40,127 bases of DNA from Sedimentisphaerales bacterium (GCA_963663805.2 CAXXMR010000005.1:1-40127); one strand, 5' to 3'; shown: positions 29,673 to 40,127, counted from the first letter of the stretch. Translations and numbers: made by a program. The notes: generated by a model not told the origin, from the sequence alone.

Positions 29673-32600
29673 TTGGCTGCCCGCGGCGATTACGCGATGG
29701 CTGTCAGTGCACAAATCTTCAATGGCACTATATTGATACTGTCCCTGGGCGATAATTTCCCAGTTATTACCATCCCAGCGCACCAGCGTCGCCGGCCCTA
29801 AACCCACGATAGAGCCAAATTCCCCACAAACAACCAACTCCCCGGCAAACATCGCTACGTCCCGAATAGTCTCCCGGCAATATTTGTCATATCGAATCCA
29901 TTCATCTTCAACCAACTCATAAACTCCATGTCCGTTGGTACAGGCAAACAGCCGCGAATCTATACTTCGCAGTTTCAGAACCGTTCCCGGCAGACCACCG
30001 GCGACAGGCTCCCACTTCTGCTCCGCAGCGTTCCATTTTGCGACATATTTTAGCCAGAGGGGATTAGTATGGAATGTTCGGGTGAACACACCGCCAATAT
30101 ATATTTCACCGGCATGTTCTTCGATAGTGTGAACTCTGCCATTTACGCCAGCGCCCAGGGCGTGGTATTCTGTGCCATCCCAAAGGGCGATATTACGGGC
30201 TTCGATATCGGCGGGCTGGCTATAACTGTGTAAACCAAAAATCAAACCTTCAGAACCTTCCAGCACCGAATTATACCCACCCGGCAACGGCGTAAAATGC
30301 TCGCCATCCCAGGTAAAAACTTCACTGGCTGTGGTTCTGATATAGAGTTTGTCGCCATACCAAACCATCTGATTGTAATGTTCTCCCACCGTTCCGCTGC
30401 CGATGGGATACCAATCTGTGCCATCCCAATAGGCCGCATGAGCGACACCATCTTTACCGTCTGGTATCTCAAAATTGCCACAGGCGTAGAGGATACCTTC
30501 ATGCCAGAGCAGGCAGCTGACCTGACTGGATATATTGCCATCAACCCCCTCACCTAAGGCATGCCAATTGATACCATCCCACATAGCGACACGCAGGGCA
30601 TCAACACCGGCAACACGATTGAATGTGCCGCCCATAACAATATCATCGTCAAATCCAGCCAGACAGTTAATCCGGGCATCGGCATAACTGTAAATTCCCG
30701 TCAGCTATCACCATCCAGACGATAAACACCAGCGGGGGTAACTGCGTATAAATCATCGTCAATAAAATGCAGATTCGATATAGTTGAATCGAGTCCATCG
30801 CCGACAGCAAACCACTCTTCGCCATCCCACCTGGCAACCCCAGCGACAGGGACACCGCCTGCCTGGGTAAAATTACCGGCTACAAAGAGCTGGCCGCTAT
30901 TTTCATCAGTCGCCAGGGTAGTGGCAGGGCCATCTAAACCACTACCTAGAGCCTGCCAGTCGGTGCCGTCATAAACCGCAATGCGACTAACTGATACCGC
31001 CCCGGCGAACTGGAAGTTCCCCGCGGCATAGACCAATTCTTTATGATGCGTTTCATCATTATATACAGCCAGAGCGGCAACTTCATCGTTAAGCCCATCT
31101 CCCAAAGTAAACCACTCATCACCGTCCCAATATCCCACATGGTTTAATTCGACCTCGCCGGAATGCCTAAAACCTCCAGCCGCATAAATACCAGCCTGCC
31201 CGGCCGCTAAGGAGGTGACTTTACCGTTAAGACCTGCCCCCAGAGCCTGCCAGTTACTGCCGGAAAACACCGCGATATTATTAACAATATTTTCACCGGA
31301 AGTCTCAAACTTGCCTCCGGCGTAAATCTTATCATCCCAAACAGCCAGGGCCCGCACCGTACCATCCAGCCCGGCACCTAAATCTGTCCATTCTTCTAAT
31401 TTAGGTATGCCGCTACGTGACCGCTAAAATCACCCCCGGCGATAATGTTTGATTCATCCACTAATAATGCTTTAACTGTACCATCAAGCCCTGCGCCCAG
31501 ATTACTTAAAATGCCATCTTCTTCCCGCAGGCAGATGTTTAGAGCATCTACCACCCCGGCTTGGGTGAACCGCCCGCCGACATAGAGATTGTTATCATCA
31601 TCTACGGCCAGAGCGTTTGCCAGGGGAGAATTACCTGTCAGACCGGAGCCGAGTTTTAGCCATTTATTGTCATACCACTGGGCGATGCAATTATAACCTG
31701 TTTCGCCGTCAATTTCGATTGTCCCGCTCGCAGCGACAAATACTATTCCCTTACTATCTACCGTCAGAGCGTTGGCGTTTCGACTGAATACCCCGCCCAG
31801 CTCCTGCCAGTTTGACCCGTTATATTCCACAACATGATATTCATTGGTGTTATAGTTATATGTCCCCACAAACACACTGCTGCCATCCGAAGTGATACCT
31901 TTAAATCTGGTATAGTCCGACTCGATGCATTCCAGATTTCACCATCCCAGCAGGCCAGGCGATAATACACTGTTGGATAAGATGAACGCCAGTTACCGAT
32001 GGCATAAACCCCGTCATTGGTAATAGCAGATTCGCTTGGCCCGGAGGTAATGGTTATACCTTCCTGACAAGCCGACATCTCCGACCAGCCGTCTTCTTCA
32101 TTATAGCCGGCCAGATAATTGGTAGTCAGGCTGCCGCCGATATAATCGAAATCGCCGCCAATATACAATCCCTCTGCGCGGCCCTTAAAGGCGTGGACCG
32201 GTACACTGTATTTGATGTTCAGGCCGCCACTGAGAGTTGACCAGTCATCTTCTCCCGGGTCATAAACAGCCAGGTGGGCCAATGCTTTTTCATCTGTAGC
32301 ATTGCCAGTGAAATAGCCGCCAGCGTATAATTTGCCGTCCCAGGATTCCAGGGTATAGACAGTATTATTGAACCCGCTGCCAAGTTGCGACCAGACAGAG
32401 CCGGAGAATTTAGCGATACGCATACATGATTCGCCATCGGCCAAACGAGTGAAATTTCCCCCGGCATAGAGATTGCCGTTATGCCAGGTTATGGCAGAGA
32501 CACTGCCGTTTAACCATCTCTCGTCGCCGCCTAACCTTTCCCAATCGGAGCCATCCCAGGTCACCACACCAAAACCACCGACATAGAGCAGATTATTATG

Positions 32601-33132
32601 AACTTCGGCGACATGACAAATCGGGGTGTTTCCCAGATAATAGGATGCGTTCTCGAGTACCGCCCAGCGCTCGGTGGTAAAATTATACTGCGCTAACCCG
32701 TTAGCGTCATCGCCCAGATAGTTGCCGACATTAGTGAAATTCCCGCCGGCGTAAATATATTGTCCATCAGAGCAGATAGTCTTACCGCCGGTGTCACTGA
32801 AATCACCGACCGGATGCCAGCTGCTGCCATCCCAGCGACCCAGCCCGTTGAGGGTGATATTATCAGGATCGCTAAGATTCATCAGAGGCCCGTAGGCGAA
32901 GCTGAAACTGCCGATAGCGTATATATCACCGTTCAGTTCGCAAAGGCCATAGACGAACCCTTTATAATTGAAGCCATTACCTAGAGCCTGCCAGCGATTA
33001 CTGCCATCGGTCCAGGCGATATTATTGACAATATTATAATCAAGAGATGATACGACTTCCCGCATGAACCTGCCCCCGGCGTAGATTTTTGAATCTGCAA
33101 TCAGGATATCATAGACTGCCGTAACGCGGTCA
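29607..33132 (-). pseudogene. Large beta-propeller repeat protein, fragmented and lacking its 5' end
   Basis: Many LYAGG.F...IA.WDG..W..LG.G.NG.V repeats across four consecutive ORFs; shifts near 31920, 31400 and 30685; TGA at 30701-03 in a Trp position; no start codon or signal peptide. Confidence 0.82.
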
Positions 33133-34137
33133 TAACGGTACAGGCCATCAGACCGGAGATTTTCTTACCCGGCCCGGCCATACCCAGGACATCACCGGCC
33201 AGTATCGCCTCGCGCCTTTGACTCTGGGAAGGTGACCAGGCCGATTCTGTCGTCTGGGGTCATCCACCATTACCAGCTGGGGCCTGACGACCTTGCCGTC
33301 AGCGCGGGCGTGATTCTGGCCCCGGATATCCGAACCCTTCATGCCCGAACAGGAGATGACAATGCCGGCCGCCTGAGAATTCGGAATAGTGGGCAGGACA
33401 ATCTTGTCGGCCGCCCATTCGATCCGTGTCGGTTGTCCGTTATACTTCTGGCCCTTCTGGCGGTTGGTGATCCTTTCCAAAGCCCGGATGGGAAAGGTAA
33501 CCTCGGGAAAATCCTCGGCCAGTAACTCATTGGTCTCCAGCCAGATCTTGATATTCTCGAGGAGGTCCTTGGCCCGCTCGGCACTGGCGGCGATCAGGCA
33601 GACGTACTCGGTGGCCCCGGAGAGTGCCGACCATAAACAGGCCATCTGCATTAAGACCGTCTTACCGCTGCCCCGCGGCATGGCCAAAGCGAACAGGCCG
33701 CCCTTTAATACCGCCTGCTCGATTCTTTCGATGACCCGGTGGTGATCCGCCGACCATTCCAGGTAAAACACCTCGGGGAAATATACTTCACAAAAATTCT
33801 TGAAATCCGCCAAGGCTGCCGCTTTCCTCTCGGGGTTGACCACCGCCGGTAATTCCCCGATATCCTGACCCAGCCGGGCCAGTTCGGCGTTACGCAGCCG
33901 GGCCGCCTCGCGCAGGTCATCGTAAGTAGGTTTTTCCTTGGCGGGCTTGAGGTATTCCCGGGTGAGATAACCGGCATACTGGAAGAGATTGATCGTCCGG
34001 GCATCCCCGATGGTATAACCCGCCTTCATCCGCTGCCGGCGGATCTTCTGTTCGTTGATTACCTCACCGCGCCCGGTGGAATTTAACAGCCGGACCAGCT
34101 CCGCTTGCCGTAGTTTTGCAGGATTTATCGCCGACAT
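33133..34137 (-). pseudogene. Phage terminase large subunit, ATPase half only
   Basis: Walker A AMPRGSGKT and Walker B LVMVDD. Adding one base at 33256-59 continues PQTTESAWSPSQSQRREAILAGDVLGMAGPGKKISGLMACTV, then the sequence switches to propeller repeats. Confidence 0.85.
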
Positions 34138-34326
34138 TTACACTTCCCCGGCCAGAAAGGCCGTATATTCCAAAAGGTTAATCGTATCATCTGCCCGCAG
34201 GATTTTTGCCTCGTCGGCGATCTGCCGAATATCATCTTCGGTAATCTTTTTTTGCGTAGAATTGCTCAATAATTTAGCCATTTACGCCACCGTCAAAGCG
34301 GTAATTTTAAGTGGTTTTTCTGTCAT
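34138..34326 (-). pseudogene. Small HTH-like phage protein upstream of terminase, with in-frame TAA (not in the ORF track)
   Basis: MTEKPLKITALTVA*MAKLLSNSTQKKITEDDIRQIADEAKILRADDTINLLEYTAFLAGEV; its stop abuts the terminase ATG. Confidence 0.7.
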
Positions 34327-34454
34327 GATCAGGCTCGCCCAGAATTAATAAAAAGTTTCCATTTTAATGCCTCAATCGACTGGATTAAGGGCCCAGAGCA
34401 TGGTAATGTTAATGTAGAAATTGAATGTAAGCCATTTGCCAAAAAGGAATTACA

Positions 34455-34627
34455 ATGAAAACTATCGAAAGAATCACATACCACATAAATTTCAATCCCG
34501 CGGATTACCAGTACCTTAGGGAAAAGGGCTACAACAACGAGGAAATCCTGGCATTTGGGACCGCGACCGCGAACAGGGCCACGGGTCGCAAAGCCACGCT
34601 AATAACCCCTTCTTCACCACCAAATAA
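34455..34627 (+). CDS. Small phage hypothetical protein, probable frameshift near 34556
   Basis: RBS AAGGA; DYQYLREKGYNNEEILAF then WDRDREQG if one T is added. Confidence 0.5.
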
Positions 34628-34645
34628 AGAAAGAAAAACCGGACC

Positions 34646-34914
34646 ATGAAGACTTACCCCAAATTCACAAACGACTTGATGAGATTTGAAAACCAGATCA
34701 CCCGCTGGCAGAACAAGGGTAAACGGGAAAAAGATGCAGAACTCGCCGAGATGTTCGCGACCGACGCCGCGACCTCAATATCGTACTCAAATACGCCCGC
34801 AAACACAACTTCCAGGCCGCCTGGAACAAACTGCAAACCCTCGACACCCTCGCCTGCGACCAGGTTCCCTGCAGGCTCTATAACTTCATCGCCAAAGAAA
34901 ACGGCTACTGCTAA
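34646..34914 (+). CDS. Small phage hypothetical protein, probable frameshift near 34770
   Basis: MKTYPKF...AEMFATDA continues in another frame as DLNIVLKYARKHNFQAAWNKLQTLDT...ENGYC*. Confidence 0.5.
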
Positions 34915-34932
34915 GAGAAAGGAAACCCAAAT

Positions 34933-35206
34933 ATGGAAATCATCGAAATCAAATTCGCGGGCTTTATTAAGCGAGGCCAGCATTTGCCCGAAACCTTCGC
35001 TACTATCAGTCGTGTCCCCGGCAACAAGGATATCTGTATGATATTGCTTAGCTGTAACGGGGAACAGAAATACAACTGTGCCACCAACGATGAGAACGAA
35101 ATCTGGAACCTGGCACTTAAACTGCAGAAAACATCTCGACGGGCACGCGGGCAGCAACTCCATGATTCACGATTACCTGCGCAAGTTGCAGATGCTGGCC
35201 GACTGA
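34933..35206 (+). CDS. Small phage hypothetical protein, probable frameshift near 35130
   Basis: RBS AAAGGA; removing one A gives LQKHLDGHAGSNSMIHDYLRKLQMLAD*, ending just before the next RBS. Confidence 0.55.
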
Positions 35207-35227
35207 ACCAGAAAGGACAAAACCACA

Positions 35228-35422
35228 ATGAGCCCCACACAAATGACACATATTTTTGAACGTATCGTTCGTGAAGAACTGGACATCACTACTCTGGAAA
35301 CCAGGCATAACAAAGATGAAGATTTCCACAGCCTGGCAGTCTGGGAAATCCAAACCATTATGGAGCGGGCCTTCGCCGCCGGCTCCGCAACGGCGCGACG
35401 CACACGCCGGAAAGGAAACTGA
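35228..35422 (+). CDS. DUF6900-like small protein
   Basis: TLETRHNKDEDFHSLAVWEIQTIMERAFAAG matches the LETR.SD.LDFH.VAVW pattern. Confidence 0.7.
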   Translation: MSPTQMTHIFERIVREELDITTLETRHNKDEDFHSLAVWEIQTIMERAFAAGSATARRTRRKGN

Positions 35423-35425
35423 ACC

Positions 35426-35929
35426 ATGCAGAAAAACGAAGTAGAAATCCACGCTGTTTACCTGGTTAAGGTCGCTAACAATCTTACCCAAGTGGAAATC
35501 ACAAACGAACATCCCAATGGCGGATGGGAAGGCAAGGGTCTCAAAACTGGCAAAATCATTCGGATTAGGAATGCCCAGCGTCTGCAGGAACTTGTCGCCA
35601 AACCCGTCGTCAAAACCAAACAGGCCACTCAGAATACCACCATCGGAACAGCTACCAACACGGGCGAACCTGGCGAGAATGGGGGCCAACGCAAACCCCT
35701 GTCGCTGCTGAACGCCGCCGCCATTGTACTCGAAGCCTGCGACCGTCCGCTGAGCTGCCGGGAGATTATCGCCAAAGCCCTCGAAGCCAAGATCTGGCAG
35801 CCCGGCTCCGGTAAGACGCCCGCTAACACCCTTTACGCTTCCATCCTCAGAGAGATAAAAATCAAGGGCTCGGCGTCCCGCTTTATCAAGGCCGAACGCG
35901 GCAAGTTCGCCCTCGCTGATAAATCCTGA
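35426..35929 (+). CDS. HARE-HTH winged-helix protein with an N-terminal small beta domain
   Basis: SLLNAAAIVL...SCREII...GKTPANTLYASILREI...RF.KAERGKF. Confidence 0.85.
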   Translation: MQKNEVEIHAVYLVKVANNLTQVEITNEHPNGGWEGKGLKTGKIIRIRNAQRLQELVAKPVVKTKQATQNTTIGTATNTGEPGENGGQRKPLSLLNAAAIVLEACDRPLSCREIIAKALEAKIWQPGSGKTPANTLYASILREIKIKGSASRFIKAERGKFALADKS

Positions 35930-35937
35930 GAGTATCC

Positions 35938-38900
35938 TCATATTTCCACCCCCTCGACTGCCTCGGCTGCTGCCGGGGTAGTCTGCGTGGCCTTTCCGGC
36001 TTCAATCCGCTCAGCCTTGTTACCGGAGAACTCCTCGTACCTTTGAACTATTATGTCACAGTAGGCCTGATCCAGCTCCATCAGGAACGCCCGACGCCCG
36101 GTCTGTTCACAACCGATGAGTGTCGAACCGCTGCCGCCGAACAAATCCAGGACATTCTCACCCGGTTTGGAGGAATATTGAATCGCCTGTACCGCAAGTT
36201 GGACCGGCTTTTGTGTCAAGTGGACCATGGCCTGGGGATTGACTTTTTTGACGTGCCATAAATCCGTGGCGTTGTTAGGGGCCGTAGAACTTGTGGCCGG
36301 CCCCTTCTTTCCAACCGTAGAAGCAAATTTCAAACGCGCCCATAAAATCCTTGCGGGTGAGTACCGGATGTTGTTTGTCCCAGATTAGCGCCTGGGAAAA
36401 GTACAATCCCGCCGCCTTCAGCGGGGCCGGGTAATTACCCAGATTGGCATAACATAGAGTAGAAGCTGAGCGCGTAGCCTGTTCACGATGAACAGGTACG
36501 TTTCTCAACAGCCCCTCTCCGAACCGTGCGAGCGGCTTTGACCGCACACGGCTCTCCAGTCGTCAACATCATCATGACTTGCCTCCCACCGTATAGAGGT
36601 ACGGATGGGGCTTGCTGCCGATGCGACCTGCGACCGAAGGAAGACGGCGCTTCGGGATGGCTTTGCAGATCAGCCATTCCGTTCGCAGTTCGCCGTCTGT
36701 TGTCTGCTCGGTGGCGCACCAAGTCTTCTTGCCTTCCACCATGTGCAGGCTGTTGGCGGGGCAACGTCGCACCCACCGCTGCGCAGCCTGTTTGATGGTC
36801 AGCCGGTGCTTGCGGGATACGTAAGATGCATACGCCCAGAACGTCTTGTGTAGGACGTAATTGAACACCTTGCTTGGTACGGAGACGCACGAGTAGTACA
36901 TCATCCAACCGCGCAGAGAGCTGTTGATCTTGCGTATCACTTCCGCTTCCGAGAGACTCTGCTTCGCGCAGATGTCACGGACCGTGTTCACTTTCGCCGC
37001 AACGGCGTTGTACGGGATCATCATCTTCACAGAAGGCGTGCACAGGGTGTCGCGCTTTCGTGCGGCGAACTTGTACCCAAGGAATACGAAGCCGTCGCTG
37101 ATATGCGTGACCAGCGTCTTTTCCGGACTCAATTCGAGCCGGAGGCTGTCCCGCAGCCATTCCGTGAGGCGTTGTTTGATCCTTTCCGCTGTCGTCTGCG
37201 ACATGTTGCGGAGCACGATCACGAAGTCATCGGCGTACCGAACATAGACGATCCGAGGCTTGATCGGCTTGATCATCCGAGGCAGTGAACGACGCTTCTT
37301 GAGCAGTGCGGCCAGGTCCGCTTCGACGGCGGCCCGTTCCTCATCACTCAATTGGTCTCCGCGTCGGCGGAGCCTATCGCGACGCTTCCCGATTCGGTTA
37401 TCAACCAATCGGTACTCCGGATTGATCCTGTCCGGACCTCCTGTGGCGTCTCACGGCATCCCTGATTGGCCCCAATCTGTTCCACCACGAACTGATCCAG
37501 TTCATGAAGGTAGATGTTGGCCAGTGTCGGCGAGATAATGCCGCCCTGTGGAGTCCCTTCTTTCGTCGGGTTCCACATGTCGCGGTCGAAGTATCCCGCT
37601 TTCAGGAAGTTGGCGATCAGCTTCAGGAGGCGGTCGTCCCGTATCCGCTTGTGCAGAAGCTTCAGCAGAATATGGTGCGACACATGATCGAAGAAGCCCT
37701 TGATGTCTCCTTCGACCACCCAGTCCATCCGAACATTCGGACAGTCCTGTACGGCGTGCAATGCCGTGTGGGCATCCCTTGCCGGGGCGGAATCCGTGCG
37801 AGCAATCCAGGAAGATTGGCTCGTACAACGCCTCCAGCACGATCTTGACCGCGCTTTGAACCACGCGGTCTTCGAACGCGGGAATACCCAACGGCCGGAG
37901 CTTCCCGGACTTCTTCGGGATGTACACACGCCGTACGGGTTGGGGCTGGTAGTTCCCGTCCCGCAGCGCGGCCGAGAGGGATTCGACCTTACCGATTGTC
38001 CAATCGGATGCGGTCTGACCATCGGCCCCCGGCGTGCGACTCCCCCGGTTGCCCTTGATCTGATCGTAGGCGAACCAGAGGAACTCCGGCTTGGCGATTT
38101 CCCGATACAAGCGGTCGAACCGCTTGTTCGTGTCCTCGCCGGCAAGTCGTGAGAGTCTGTGAATCCAATGTTCCACGTTCATGAGGTCATGCCCTCTCGT
38201 TGGCTTCTTGAATTCACTGACAACCTGTTCCCCTTCGCTCGGCGGACGTTACCCCGCTTCATCGCTACTACGGGAACTCTGCCACCTGACGGACATTCCG
38301 ATACGGACTCGGTCAACCATCCCGTCAGGCTTCTCCGGTAGTTACGTAAGCATTTGTCCGATGGACGTAGGCTCCTCATTCGCGCCATAACATGCGAAGC
38401 ATGCCTGTTGGAACCGGCCTTCTGATTGAACGGACCTTCGGCCCGGGTGCCGCAAGGGCAACCTTTCCCGCCACGGGGCGGTGTGGCGGTACGGTTCCAT
38501 CGTCCCGTCGTCCTGAGTGAGACGACCGTACATTTCACGGCCAGACGCTGAGGTTCAGTTGTGACAAACTTAGCCATATCCATCTATCCTTGAGAAGCCT
38601 CCAAGAACGTTCAGGACCGTTCAGTGCTTCCCGTTGTGCCTCCGGGTACTAACCATCCACCGCATGTCCTAATGCGGCAAACGCCGGAGGTAGGATCGTG
38701 ATACCGTTCTATCACGACGGTTACGTCGCATTGCGACGCCGCTTACTTACGCAACCCGAACGGACGTCACTCCCCAGACATAAAACGAGCCGCCGGCTTG
38801 AGTACGCGGGCCGAATTGTTGAACCACGCCCGCAGCATTTCATCGAATTCTTCAACGCTGACAAAATCATTGGCCAGAGGCCGGTCTTTGGCCCGCATCT

Positions 38901-39633
38901 TCTTGGTGTTGGCCTGGGCTTTTTCCGGGTGACGGTTGACATCAAAATTCTGATGATGGGTGTTCGAGAACGAGGATAAACCCGCGGCGATGGCGTTATT
39001 GCTGCGCGGTTCAACTTTCACATTATAGGGCGGATCTTCCAGAACTAAATCGATGATGGCCCCGTCCAGCAGGCGGTCCAAATCCGCCTCACTGCCACTG
39101 TCCCCGCACATGAGACGATGTTCACCCAGTATCCAGATATCACCGGGCTGGGTGATCGGGTCATCCGGCGGCTCGGGCACCGCATCGGGGTCCGTGAGCC
39201 CCTGTTTGATATCCACATCCAGCAGTTGGGTGAGTTCTTTTTCATCGAAGGCCAGCAGCTCCAGATCGAAACCGGCCTCGCGCAGTTCCGCCAGTTCAAT
39301 GGGCAGAATCTCAAAATCCCACTCGGCCAGTTCCCCGGTTTTATTATCGGCGATCCTATACGCCCGAATCTGCTCCGGGCTCAGGTCCGTCGCCACATGG
39401 ACGGGGACCTTCTTGAGGCCCAGCTGCCGCGCGGCCTTCCAGCGGGTGTGCCCGCAGACGATGATGCCGTCGGTGTCGACTACGATCGGTTGTTTGAATC
39501 CAAACTCTCGGATGCTCGCAGCCACCGCCTCGACAGCGTCATCGTTGATCCGAGGATTTTGTTCGTAAGGGATAACATCGTCAATAGGGCAAATCTTAAC
39601 GGAAAAGTCGGATTTATTCTTTGTCGTCGTCAT
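35938..39633 (-). CDS. ParB-domain N4C/N6A DNA methyltransferase (beta class) interrupted by a group II intron; exons about 38770-39633 and 35938-36453
   Basis: ParB PYEQNPRIN...FGFKQPIVVD...GHTR...ADNK; DPPY; exon 2 GYANLGNYP...HLTQKPV...DLFGGSGST; single-base shifts near 38795 and 36278-81. Confidence 0.9.
36454..38769 (-). mobile_element. Group II intron (IIA/ML-like)
   Basis: Domain V GAGCCGTGTGCGGTCAAAGCCGCTCGCACGGTTC at 36521-36554; domain VI ending CTACTCTAT; RT ORF; removal restores the methyltransferase sequence WGGYAN. Confidence 0.93.
36572..38182 (-). CDS. ltrA: Group II intron reverse transcriptase/maturase, two frameshifts (near 37771 and 37430), no HNH domain seen
   Basis: TPGADG, RRVYIPK..G.LRPLGIP, SHGFRPG, EGDIKGFFD, GTPQGGIISP.LANIYL, YVRYADDF, maturase LRGWMMYY. 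Confidence 0.9.
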
Positions 39634-39657
39634 AATTCAATCTCCATAAGTAATAGG

Positions 39658-40127
39658 TTATTTGTGACAGCCATGAGTTTTGTAAACTTCAGTGCAAAGG
39701 CAGATAAACTCGTCCTGAGACAAGGAGCCTTTAGCTCGATTGACGTCAGAATGCAAAATTTGAGCATTTTCAATTACATGCTCACCTCCGTTGCGAATAG
39801 GGACTATGTGATCGAGCGATGAAATGTCCGGAGTCAGCTTCCGGCCCCGTCAAGGCACATCTGTAATTCTGAAATTTCAATAGGTGAAGTACATTTTGGG
39901 TATTCACCGGTCCCTTGGGTCTGACACTGGTCTTACTCTTTTGGCCTTGGGGACGTAACGTTTTCTGGCGGTTACGCGACGTGTGGCCCAGAGATGCCAC
40001 GGGGTTCTCTGGGCATGATACCTCTTGGTTGCCAATATTTGAGCCCGCGCCAAGCCATCTCCTCCCACGTCCGCTCCGTGGTCTCCTGGGGGGAATTCTT
40101 TGCCGGTGGGTTGCTTAAACGAATCCG
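39658..40127 (-). CDS. HNH endonuclease, frameshifted, 5' end probably outside the window
   Basis: YRCALTG, then (one base removed at 39845-48) RKLTPDISSLDHIVPIRNGGEHVIENAQILHSDVNRAKG. Confidence 0.8.

Larger units (their letters stand above)
33133..40127 (-). mobile_element. Prophage-like element remnant continuing beyond the right edge
   Basis: HNH, ParB-methyltransferase, an opposite-strand small gene block with HARE-HTH, a small HTH-like gene and terminase, in phage-like order. Confidence 0.8.

Noticed and set aside
520..34284. Stop-codon recoding in the phage genes
   Set aside because: The in-frame stops fall at positions expected to hold different residues (Tyr, Trp, probably Gln/Glu), and TAA/TGA terminate neighbouring genes normally.
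29524..38182. Diversity-generating retroelement (RT plus repeat pair at the end of a propeller gene)
   Set aside because: Repeat differences are not adenine-specific and are largely synonymous. The RT sits within a group II intron with domains V and VI and a maturase.
36572..38182. Retron, Abi or CRISPR-associated RT
   Set aside because: The YADD RT with maturase, intron RNA structure and a split host gene explain it fully; no cas genes or array are present.
38179..38583. 134-aa ORF upstream of the RT
   Set aside because: It lies in the structured intron domains I-III, including the EBS1 hairpin, and has no protein motifs.
35117..39822. Long antisense ORFs (35117-35941, 39053-39568, 39118-39822 and similar)
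   Set aside because: They are shadows of well-supported genes on the opposite strand in GC-rich DNA.

Overview
This is an accessory, genomic-island-like region, probably from a Planctomycetota (Phycisphaerae/Sedimentisphaerales-like) genome. That assignment is inferred from the DUF1559-type pseudopilin, the PEP-CTERM protein, the split dockerin-like C-terminal motifs and the phage gene set. Left to right: (1) a decayed small ORF/DUF2924/serine recombinase module and a Fic-HTH gene (1-3.1 kb). (2) A ~17-kb AraC-linked + strand locus encoding an organophosphate-type MFS transporter, a secreted metallophosphoesterase, WecB, a truncated GlmU, a pseudopilin, a 1500-aa surface protein, a secreted EEP phosphoesterase, GlmM and a PEP-CTERM protein; it reads as a candidate utilisation system for N-acetylhexosamine-phosphate polymers. 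(3) An orphan IS21-like end, a phage portal fragment, and an IS66 whose tnpC carries nested IS630 and IS200-type elements. (4) A YtrA-type GntR/ABC operon. (5) A truncated beta-propeller gene joined to half a terminase. (6) A prophage remnant whose ParB-DNA methyltransferase gene is interrupted by an LtrA-like group II intron. Many single-base frameshifts lie in homopolymers and may be sequencing errors, but several in-frame nonsense codons suggest real decay as well. No tRNA, rRNA or CRISPR array was seen. All family assignments are from motif recognition, not database searches.
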